This document shows, in pieces, positions 55,958-64,000 of a DNA stretch of 64,000 nucleotides (positions within the stretch are counted from its first letter, which is position 1; every line of letters begins with the position of its first letter). A model generated the notes under the pieces. The model was not told the DNA's origin, made no database searches, and worked only from the letters and a program-made list of their open reading frames with translations. Location: positions 2,080,001 to 2,144,000 of the forward strand of contig CAVWLP010000002.1 of assembly GCA_963755915.1 (NCBI GenBank), written 5' to 3'. Origin of the DNA: an uncultured Phycisphaerales bacterium. GTDB lineage: Bacteria > Planctomycetota > Phycisphaerae > Tepidisphaerales > Tepidisphaeraceae. The position numbers were made by a program, and so were the translations under genes.

Positions 55958-58351
55958 TTGGAGAAGGCTCCAGGCGCGCCTGGAGTTCCGCCGCGTTGGA
56001 CTTCCAGCGCCAAAACCGGCGTGGGCACGGCCCTCAGCAACAAGAGCCTTGTCTGGTTCACGCTGAGCCACGGAATCTTCAACGAAATCTTTTATCCGCG
56101 CGTCGATCAGGCCTGCATCCGCGACATGGGGCTGATTGTCACCGACGGAGCCGATTTCTTCTCAGAAGAAAAGAGGGATGTCGACTCGCTGGTCCACTGG
56201 CTGACTGAGGGTGTCCCGGCATTCCGGCTGGTCAATACGTGCCGCGCCGGCCGATACCGCATCGAAAAGCAAGTCGTGACCGATCCGCAGCGAAACACTG
56301 TGCTGCAGCGGGTCCAGTTCGTGCCGATGCAGGGCCACCTGTCCGATTATCATCTGTATGTCCTGCTGGCGCCGCATCTGGGGAACCACGGCGATGGCAA
56401 TAGTGCGTGGACCGACGAGTTTGAAGGCCTGCCGATCCTGTTTGCCCAGCGTGATGGATACGCCCTCGCGCTGGCCTGTTCCGCGCCATTCCTGAAGCGA
56501 TCCGTCGGCTACGTCGGCTCGTCCGACGGCTGGCAGGATCTAAAGGCGCATAATCAGATGACCTGGGAATACACGCGGGCTCAGAACGGTAACGTGGCCC
56601 TGACTGCCGAGATCGATCTTCTTCATTGTAAGGGACACTGCGAATTGGCGTTGGGCTTTGGCAAAAGTGCAGAAGAAGCCGCGAAAAACGCCGTCGCCAG
56701 CCTTCACGATGGCTTTGACAACATAAAGCACGAATATATTTCCGGCTGGCAGCACTGGAAGAAGTCGCTCATCTCGACAAAAAAAGACCATCTCCCTCTC
56801 GGCGATCTTTCCCCGATCAGCCTGGCAGTCTTGCGCACGCATGAGTCAAAAACTGCCCTCGGCGGTTTCATCGCCAGCCTCGCCATCCCATGGGGATCAA
56901 GCAAGGGCGACGGCGACCAGGGCGGTTACCATCTTGTCTGGTCGCGCGACATGGTAGAAACGGCGGGCGCGTTGCTGGCCGGCGGTGCACATGAAGACGC
57001 GCGCCGCGCGCTATCTTTTTTGCAGTCAACTCAACAGCCGGACGGACACTGGCCTCAAAACATGTGGGTGGATGGCACACCGTATTGGAACGGAATCCAA
57101 CTGGACGAGACTGCGCTGCCTATCCTGCTGGTGGACTTGGCCCATCGTGAAAAAGCGCTAACCGACGCGGACGTAGTGCGATTCTGGCCGATGGTGGAGC
57201 TCGCTGTGGGTTACTTGGCGCGCAATGGCCCCGTAAGCCCTCAAGATCGCTGGGAGGAAGATCCGGGCTATTCGCCTTTCACGGTCGCGGCGGAAATCGC
57301 CGCGATCCTGGCCGCGGCGGACATGGCTGATTTGAACCACGAACCGTCCATGGCAACCTACCTCCGCGAAATCGCGGATACTTGGAACACGTCGATTGAT
57401 CGCTGGATGTACGCGTCGAAAACGGACTGGTGCCGCAAGTTCGATGTCCAGGGGTATTACCTCAGGATCGCGCAGGACGAGACCGCGGATGGTGCGCGTT
57501 TTCAGAACCTCGTCCACGTGAAGAATGTTGCGGCCGCCGAGGACAACCGTATGGCCAGACATCTGGTAAGTCCCGACGCCTTGGCACTGGTGCGTTTTGG
57601 TTTGCGCGCGGCGGACGACCCGCGCATTCTCGGCACAGTAAAAGTCATCGATTCATTGCTCAAAGTGGAGACGCCCACTGGCCCCAGTTGGCACCGGTAC
57701 AACGATGATGGGTATGGCGAGCATAAGGACGGCGCGCCCTTTGACGGAACGGGTATCGGCCGCGTCTGGCCACTACTCACAGGTGAGCGGGCTCACTACG
57801 AACTGTTGGCAAATCGGGTGCAGTGTGCAAAGGTACTATTGGCCACAATGGAATCGTTTGCCAACGAAGGAGGGCTGATCTCAGAACAAATCTGGGACTC
57901 GCCCGACCTGCCGGAACATGATTTGTTTCTCGGCAAGCCTTCCGGTTCCGCCATGCCGCTGGTTTGGGCTCATGCTGAGTACATCAAGCTCAGGCGTTCT
58001 CTACGCGACGGACACGTTTTCGACCTGCCGCCACAGACCGTGCAACGCTATCTGGTCGACAAAACGGTGTCTCCTCGCATGGTGTGGAGGTTCAACCACA
58101 AACTTCGTTCTATGCCCGCGGGAAAATCCCTGCGTGTCGAAACGCTTTCCCCCGCGGTTATTCACTGGAGCGTTGATGATTGGAAAACTCATCAGGACAC
58201 AAAGTCGCGCGATGCGGGCCTAGGCCTTCACGTTGCGGATCTCTCCACCCAATCGCTTCCGGACGGACAAGAGATCAAATTCACTTTCTACTGGCCCGGC
58301 GCGGGTCACTGGGAAGGAACCGACTTCATCGTTCGTATCGGCTCTTTTTGA
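55958..58351 (+). CDS. GH15 glucoamylase/glucodextranase-like
   Basis: WTSSAKTGVG, GGYHLVWSRD, QLDET, QDRWEE, YNDDGYGE, SAMPLVWAHAEY. Confidence 0.93.
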   Translation: MEKAPGAPGVPPRWTSSAKTGVGTALSNKSLVWFTLSHGIFNEIFYPRVDQACIRDMGLIVTDGADFFSEEKRDVDSLVHWLTEGVPAFRLVNTCRAGRYRIEKQVVTDPQRNTVLQRVQFVPMQGHLSDYHLYVLLAPHLGNHGDGNSAWTDEFEGLPILFAQRDGYALALACSAPFLKRSVGYVGSSDGWQDLKAHNQMTWEYTRAQNGNVALTAEIDLLHCKGHCELALGFGKSAEEAAKNAVASLHDGFDNIKHEYISGWQHWKKSLISTKKDHLPLGDLSPISLAVLRTHESKTALGGFIASLAIPWGSSKGDGDQGGYHLVWSRDMVETAGALLAGGAHEDARRALSFLQSTQQPDGHWPQNMWVDGTPYWNGIQLDETALPILLVDLAHREKALTDADVVRFWPMVELAVGYLARNGPVSPQDRWEEDPGYSPFTVAAEIAAILAAADMADLNHEPSMATYLREIADTWNTSIDRWMYASKTDWCRKFDVQGYYLRIAQDETADGARFQNLVHVKNVAAAEDNRMARHLVSPDALALVRFGLRAADDPRILGTVKVIDSLLKVETPTGPSWHRYNDDGYGEHKDGAPFDGTGIGRVWPLLTGERAHYELLANRVQCAKVLLATMESFANEGGLISEQIWDSPDLPEHDLFLGKPSGSAMPLVWAHAEYIKLRRSLRDGHVFDLPPQTVQRYLVDKTVSPRMVWRFNHKLRSMPAGKSLRVETLSPAVIHWSVDDWKTHQDTKSRDAGLGLHVADLSTQSLPDGQEIKFTFYWPGAGHWEGTDFIVRIGSF

Positions 58352-58387
58352 GGCGATGTAATTGTCTCTACTAAAGCGGTGAGGTTC

Positions 58388-59764
58388 ATGCTGCTGAAGA
58401 ACGATACAAAAACCGACGCAAGACTGTTCGTTTATCTTGCCACGGCTGTCGCGGCTCTGGGAGGCATGCTTTTCGGTTATGACATCGGCGTCATCTCCGG
58501 AGCAATTCTATTCGTCAAGAAGGACTTCTCGCTTTCTCCCGGCCTCGAAGAAATTGTGGTCAGCTCGGTCTTGCTGGGATCGTTAATCGGCGCGATCGCT
58601 GGAGGAGTGCTCGCCGACCGCTGGGGGCGCCGGAGATTGTTGATCATTACGGCGATCGTCTTTGGGTTGGGCGCTATCGGGGCGGCTCTGTCGCCAGACA
58701 CCGCGTTGCTGATCGTCGCCAGGGTCATTGCCGGCATTGCCATCGGCGTGGCTTCTTTTGTCGCACCGCTCTATATCTCCGAAATCGCCCCGGTGGCTAT
58801 CCGTGGAAAGCTCGTTTCGGTCAATCAAGTGGCCCTGACCAGCGGCATTGTCATCTCCTATCTGATCGATTACGCATTCGCGGACGCTCACGCGTGGCGC
58901 TGGATGTTTGCGCTGGCGGTAGTGCCGGCGGCCGCGTTCGGAATCGGATTGCTTTTCATCCCCGAGAGCCCGCGATGGCTTGTCGGACGCGGATTGGCGG
59001 ACAAGGCCCGCGCCGTACTCAATCGAATTCGCGCTCCAGACCAAGTGGAAGCTGAGCTTGGCGAGATTCAGCATAGCGCTCAGCAGCAGAAAGCGAACTG
59101 GAAAGAACTGCTGAGTCCTGTCTTGCGGCCGGCGATGATCGTTGGCGTCGGTCTCGCGGTCGCGCAGCAAATCACCGGCATAAACACCGTCATCTATTAT
59201 GCCCCGACGATTTTCAAATTCGCCGGTTTATCTTCCGCATCCGTGGCCATCCTGGCCAGCGTCGGTGTGGGAATCGTCAATGTCATCTTAACTATAGTGG
59301 CAATGCAATTAATCGACCGCGTCGGGCGCCGTCCGCTTCTGTTGGTCAGTCTCGCTGGGATGTCGCTAAGTCTAATTGTGCTCGGATTGGCGTTTAGGCT
59401 TCCCCGACTGTCCGGCAGTCTCGGATGGATCGCGGTGACGAGCCTCATGCTCTACGTCGGTTCGTTCGCCGTCGGTCTGGGCCCGGTATTTTGGCTGATC
59501 CTCTCCGAGATTTATCCACTGCGTATCCGAGGCCGGGCCATGAGCGTCGGGACGGTCGCAAATTGGGGCGCCAACCTGATCGTGGCATTATCGTTTTTGA
59601 CGCTCACACAAGTCATGGGTAAATCCGCCACGTTCTGGTTGTATGGGATCGTAAGTATCGGGGCATGGCTCTTCGCGTTTTTCCTGGTGCCGGAAACCAA
59701 GGGCAAGACTCTCGAACAGATCGAAGCACATTGGCGGGCGGGAAAACGCCCAAGGGAACTCTGA
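58388..59764 (+). CDS. MFS sugar porter (GalP/XylE-like)
   Basis: LFGYDIGVISGA, DRWGRR, PESPRWL, QQITGIN, PETKG. Confidence 0.95.
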   Translation: MLLKNDTKTDARLFVYLATAVAALGGMLFGYDIGVISGAILFVKKDFSLSPGLEEIVVSSVLLGSLIGAIAGGVLADRWGRRRLLIITAIVFGLGAIGAALSPDTALLIVARVIAGIAIGVASFVAPLYISEIAPVAIRGKLVSVNQVALTSGIVISYLIDYAFADAHAWRWMFALAVVPAAAFGIGLLFIPESPRWLVGRGLADKARAVLNRIRAPDQVEAELGEIQHSAQQQKANWKELLSPVLRPAMIVGVGLAVAQQITGINTVIYYAPTIFKFAGLSSASVAILASVGVGIVNVILTIVAMQLIDRVGRRPLLLVSLAGMSLSLIVLGLAFRLPRLSGSLGWIAVTSLMLYVGSFAVGLGPVFWLILSEIYPLRIRGRAMSVGTVANWGANLIVALSFLTLTQVMGKSATFWLYGIVSIGAWLFAFFLVPETKGKTLEQIEAHWRAGKRPREL

Positions 59765-59792
59765 AAATTTTACACAAGAAGAAAGGACTACC

Positions 59793-60659
59793 ATGTTGAA
59801 CAGAACTAACACGTTGCGAAATTATGCCTTGGACTGCCTCGACGGACGGATAGGAGAGGTCAAGGAATTCTACTTCGACGACTGCTACTGGACGATTCGT
59901 TATCTTGTCGCCGAAACCGGAAACTGGCTCACGGGCAGACAAGTGTTGATTTCTCCGCGTGCGCTCCATGCCGTTAATAAGGAAGAACAAAAGATCGCTG
60001 TAGATTTGAACAAAAAGCAGATTCAAGACAGTCCATCCGTGGACAGTGACGAGCCCGTCTCGCGGCAATTCGAGAAGGCCTACCACGGGTACTATGGATG
60101 GCCGATATATTGGGGCGGCTCATACATGTGGGGAACATCCGGATACCCATACCTGGCGGGGCCTTATCCCGGCGTTGCGCGTGAGCGCAAAGAATTGGCG
60201 GAAGCCACCCGAAGTGAGCAAGCGTGGGATCCCCATTTGCGCAGCACGCACGATGTGAGTGGCCGTCATGTCCATGCTACTGACGGCGAGATTGGCCACG
60301 TTGAGGATTTTATCATCGATGACCAGACATGGGCGATCCGTTATCTGATCATCGATACACGAAACTGGTGGCCGGGAAAGAAGGTCCTGGTGGCACCGCG
60401 ATGGATCGAGAGGGTTAGCTGGAGCGAGGCAAAAGTTTTCATCAATCTCTCCCGCGAGGCCATCAGGCAGTCGCCGGAATACACGGAAGCATCTTTGCTA
60501 ACCCGGGATTACGAGACCCGACTTCATCGGCATTACGATCGGCGGGGATACTGGGTGGATGAGCCGGCTTCCGGGGAATGCGACGAACAACCACAAGTCC
60601 ACGGCAAGGAACGAGCGCCCGCTGAAATCGCGCAACATAAAAAACCGATTGGAATCTGA
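59793..60659 (+). CDS. Tandem PRC-barrel domain protein
   Basis: Two repeats of DGxIGxVxxFxxDDxxWxIRYLxxxTxNW. Confidence 0.9.
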   Translation: MLNRTNTLRNYALDCLDGRIGEVKEFYFDDCYWTIRYLVAETGNWLTGRQVLISPRALHAVNKEEQKIAVDLNKKQIQDSPSVDSDEPVSRQFEKAYHGYYGWPIYWGGSYMWGTSGYPYLAGPYPGVARERKELAEATRSEQAWDPHLRSTHDVSGRHVHATDGEIGHVEDFIIDDQTWAIRYLIIDTRNWWPGKKVLVAPRWIERVSWSEAKVFINLSREAIRQSPEYTEASLLTRDYETRLHRHYDRRGYWVDEPASGECDEQPQVHGKERAPAEIAQHKKPIGI

Positions 60660-60781
60660 TGTCACGGGGCGCGCCAAAACCAGCCAGGGCGGGGCGCTTC
60701 AAAACCGGCCAATGTGCTGACGTATTCTATACCGCATCCGTTCTATCCGACGCAACTGTTCCTTGAGTTATTGGTCCCCGT

Positions 60782-61672
60782 TCACGCCGTCTGGCCGGCG
60801 GATACCCCCACATCAGAAGACAACGGCGGCTCTGTCACGGTGTCTTCCGGGGGGGAGCACCCTTCATCGCCGGCGGTACTCCGCCGTCCTTTTGGATTTG
60901 TCTTTTCCGGTGTCCCGGATTGGCCTGCCGTGAGCGAAGTCGAATGGCCCCCATGCCGAAGGCGGTAGCTCTTGCCGGTGATGTTGATGATCGTGGCGTG
61001 CTGCAGGAACCGATCCAGAATGGCCGTGGCCGCCGGCACGTCGCCGATCAGCTTGGCCCAGTCCTCCAGTGGACGGTTGCTGGTCATCATCGTCGAGCGG
61101 TTCTCGTGCCGGCGCATGACGATCTCCAGCAGGCATTCGCCGCTGCGCCGCGGAAGCTGCTTCATTCCCATGTCGTCGATGATAAGCAGATCAGGCTTGA
61201 GATACCGGGCCAGCGTCTTGTCCTGGGCTCCCAGATCCTCGTCGCCTAAAAAGTCGCGGGCCAGGTCGAAGATGGATCGGTACAGGACCACCAAGCCGCT
61301 CTTGATCGCCTGGTGTCCGATGGCCTGGGCCAAAAACGATTTGCCCACGCCGGGCGGACCCAGCAAGAGCACGTCACGTTTGTCACGAATGAACTGGCCG
61401 GCGGCCAGATCGTGAATCTGTTTGCGTTTGATGGAGGTGTTGAAGGAGAAGTCGAACTCGTCGAGGTTTTTGGTGTCGCGGAACATCGCCGCCTTGACGC
61501 GCCGGCCGATCTGCCGGCTGGATCGGACGTTCAGTTCATCCTGAAGGATCAGTTCCAAAAACTCACTGTGGTCGAGCCGATTGCCGGCCGCCTCGCTCAG
61601 GCGAACTTCAAGGCTGCTCGCCAGACCTGAAAGCCGAAGTTGCTTGAGCGTCTGCATCAACGAAGGTCTCAT
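60782..61672 (-). CDS. istB: IS21 helper ATPase IstB
   Basis: LKQLRLSG, FDFSFN, GPPGVGKS, LLIIDD, TSNR, AILDR. Confidence 0.95.
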   Translation of the reverse strand: MRPSLMQTLKQLRLSGLASSLEVRLSEAAGNRLDHSEFLELILQDELNVRSSRQIGRRVKAAMFRDTKNLDEFDFSFNTSIKRKQIHDLAAGQFIRDKRDVLLLGPPGVGKSFLAQAIGHQAIKSGLVVLYRSIFDLARDFLGDEDLGAQDKTLARYLKPDLLIIDDMGMKQLPRRSGECLLEIVMRRHENRSTMMTSNRPLEDWAKLIGDVPAATAILDRFLQHATIINITGKSYRLRHGGHSTSLTAGQSGTPEKTNPKGRRSTAGDEGCSPPEDTVTEPPLSSDVGVSAGQTA

Positions 61673-63399
61673 GGGGTGGACTCCCTTCGGCTCTGCTCAG
61701 GGCAGGCCTGTAAAGGTTGTGCGGCAGGCAAAGCCTCCGCTTGGGTGATTGCGTCGCGTACGAACTGTCCGTAATCGGCCAGTCCGCGGATGATTGGATG
61801 TTCCTGAACAAACTCGAAGTGTTGTTGAACCGGCGCGCCGTTTTGGTGTTCGATGAGCTGCCGCAGGGAGCGCAGGTGATACGCGCCATGCCCCAGAGCA
61901 ATCTCGCAGGCTCGTTCCACGGCCGGTCGCGGCTGCTGATTGGCCAGCGACAGCAGCCCCATCAACACGCGCACGCCTTCGATGCCGCGATGCTGAAGCA
62001 TTGACTGCGCCCACTGCGTGGCGTGCGGCCCGATGCATTCGATCCGCTGGAGAAGCCAGGTCGTTCCACGCTCGATGCCGCTGATCTTCTCCGGCAGGAT
62101 ATGGGCGTCTTGCGTCGAGAACCTGCCCGGCGGACGCTGCGCGTGCAGAGCGATCGCACGCATCTTCTGATCGAACAGCCGGACCGTGCGCCCGTCCCAC
62201 CGCGCCCAGACCCGCTGGCCCAAAAACTCCGGCGGGACCGAATAGTACGCCCCCTTGATCTCCACGTGCCCGTCGCGGTGAACACTGCGCAACGCCTCGG
62301 TGAAAAGATCGAATCGCACCGGCGGCAGAGCCAACAGTGCCGGCTTCTCTACCTGCTCGAAGACTTCCTTCACCTGCCGCCGCGTCGTGCCGTGGATGCG
62401 CGTGTCGGCCACGCTCTTCTCCCACGTCAGCAGATGCGCGTTCTGATCCGAGAGCGAGGCGAATTGCCGGCCTTTGAGAGCATTGCTCTTCACATAGCCG
62501 ATGCCCCGCTCGATCTTCCCCTTGTGCCGCGGCGTGTACGGCTTGGTGGGCAGAATGGCGATTCCATAATGTTCGGCGAACGACCGGACCTTGGGACACA
62601 ACTCCGCCTCGAACCAGTCCGCCCGCGTCACCGCCGCGCGAAGATTGTCGATCACCAGCGCTGACGGCATCCCGCCGAAGTGCGTAAAGGCATTTTCCAG
62701 ACAACGCAGAAAATCATCGGTCGTCTGCCGCTCCACCGCCTCGGCGTACCCCTTGCGGCTGTGGCTCAGCACAATGCGGAAGACCCAGGTTGCTTTGCGT
62801 TTGCCGTCAGGACCGACCAGGGCGCACCCCGGCCGAAGTCCACCTGCGCCTCGGCTCCCGGCTCGCATTCCATCCGGCGAAAGGGCGCCGGCGCGGCAGC
62901 CGAGAGCTTCTTGATGAACCGGCGCACGCTGTAATAGCTGCCGGCATAGCCGTGATCGCTGGAGATGTCTTGATAAATCCGCTGGGCCGTCAGCCCGGCT
63001 TCCAACTTCTGAACAATGACCTCACGCCAGGGCGATGCCGTACTGACCGACCCGATCGGCGCGCCGGATAACCCGGTGGGCGCGCTCTCCGAGCCGCCTG
63101 CGGCGAGCACCGTCGAGCCGCCTGCGGCGAGCACCGTCGAGCCGCCTGCGGCGAGCACCGTCGAGCCGCCTGCGGCGAGCACCGTCGAGCCGCCTGCGGC
63201 GAGCACCGTCGAGCCGAGGGGCGCGCTGGCCGGTTTTGAATCCGATCCGGGCGCCGCAGGATCGCCGCCCGACAACCGGATGTGGCGTCCAACGGTCTCC
63301 CGGTGAACGCCGAGTTGGCGGGCGATGTTCCGATTGGACCAGCCGCTGCGCAAGTGCCAAAATTGCTTGTACTTCCGCCATCTTGAGTTGATTGGCCAT
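61669..63399 (-). CDS. istA: IS21 transposase IstA; frameshifts near 63350 and 62830
   Basis: MANQLKMA, HTH, YYSVRRF, PGAEAQVDFG, DNLRAAV, KGKIERG, YYSVP. Confidence 0.92.
63091..63216. repeat. 24-bp tandem repeat x5 inside istA
   Basis: GAGCCGCCTGCGGCGAGCACCGTC x5 plus a partial unit; encodes (GSTVLAAG)5. Confidence 0.95.
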
Positions 63400-63650
63400 C
63401 CCACCATTGGCTTGCGGCAACCGCCGAAAGCCAAGGTCGATAACCCAATCTCCTGTGCCTCAAAATGGCCGGTTTTGGCGCGCCCTCAATTGGCCGGTTT
63501 TGCGCGCCCCATGACAATCTGATTTGGATGATATTGCTGGAACTGCATGTGGCCGGCCGGTTATCGCCAAATATAGCGACGATTATCCTTCCTTTGCCGG
63601 TTCTAAGGTAGAACCCAAATGGATAGGATTCCGGCAGACGATTGAACATC

Positions 63651-63758
63651 TCGGATGACTAATTGAGGGGTAGATCGGCCAACGGCCGGTGGACCCGTTA
63701 AAGAGTAAGCCGACGCAATTGAATCCTGAAACCTCGGGATTCGGTGGCGTCGGTTTTT
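63651..63758 (+). ncRNA. Candidate novel cis-regulatory RNA with terminator, copy C
   Basis: Same architecture as copies A and B. Confidence 0.75.
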
Positions 63759-63775
63759 CTGTTGATTGGAAAATA

Positions 63776-63997
63776 ATGAGCGGCACTAAGCATTCTGTTG
63801 AAAGCGAAGGATCCAAGTCACGGGATCACGCCCAACCGCGCCACCATTTTTGGAAACATGCGCACCGGGATTGGCGCGTCTGGGTCACTGTGCTGCTGAT
63901 GCTCCTTGCGATGGTTATCTATGTAATAACGGACAACCTGTCCCTCAGACCCGGCAAACGCGCGATTCAGCCCACGCCTGAGGCAAATGGCCCTTAG
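63776..63997 (+). CDS. Small single-TM membrane protein
   Basis: MSGTKHS...HHFWKHAHRDWRVWVTVLLMLLAMVIYVITDNLS. Confidence 0.7.
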   Translation: MSGTKHSVESEGSKSRDHAQPRHHFWKHAHRDWRVWVTVLLMLLAMVIYVITDNLSLRPGKRAIQPTPEANGP

Positions 63998-64000
63998 AAC

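Larger units (their letters stand above)
60660..63516 (-). mobile_element. IS21-family insertion sequence with 6-bp target duplication ATCTGA
   Basis: Ends TGTCACGGGGCGCG / CGCGCCCCATGACA with internal AAAACCRGCCA repeats; ATCTGA at 60654-60659 and 63517-63522; istA + istB. Confidence 0.95.
6755..64000. mobile_element. Genomic island / accessory region at tRNA-Asp (right end not in window)
   Basis: Integrase remnant directly 3' of the tRNA, loss of the strong C-rich + strand bias, accessory cargo and IS elements. Confidence 0.7.

Noticed and set aside
63091-63216. CRISPR array
   Set aside because: Head-to-tail 24-bp units with no spacers, in frame within istA; no cas genes.
6755-64000. attR (duplicate of the tRNA-Asp 3' end)
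   Set aside because: No second copy was seen in the window.

Overview
GC-rich bacterial window. PEP-CTERM/dockerin-like proteins, a prepilin-motif (DUF1559-type) protein and the integrase style suggest Planctomycetota, probably Phycisphaerae/Tepidisphaerales (inference). 1-6.75 kb is core genome: PocR/GAF sensor, alpha/beta hydrolase, TPP riboswitch plus thiC, a broken REP-flanked tyrosine transposase, DUF1844, an RNase HII-like gene and tRNA-Asp(GTC). A large accessory island follows the tRNA and runs off the right edge. It opens with a decayed integrase/reverse transcriptase/IS66 head, two PhyH-AraC pairs and two TPR-GT41 genes. A ~30 kb glycan-utilisation locus follows (SSS transporter, esterase, GH4, XylR-type regulator, prepilin protein, five PEP-CTERM proteins including three GH16, catabolic enzymes, heparinase-like lyase, CYP236A-like P450 system), with a 5-copy direct-repeat operator at its promoters. 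Last is a stress/alpha-glucan cluster interrupted by a complete IS21. The most novel-looking signal is a ~110-nt structured leader found three times in that cluster (conserved 3-codon micro-ORF, variable stem with pairing preserved, long terminator hairpin); I do not recognise it as a known riboswitch class. Many island genes are frameshifted, almost always at or next to GCGC, which looks like a systematic sequencing artefact. All family assignments come from motif recognition; no searches were run.
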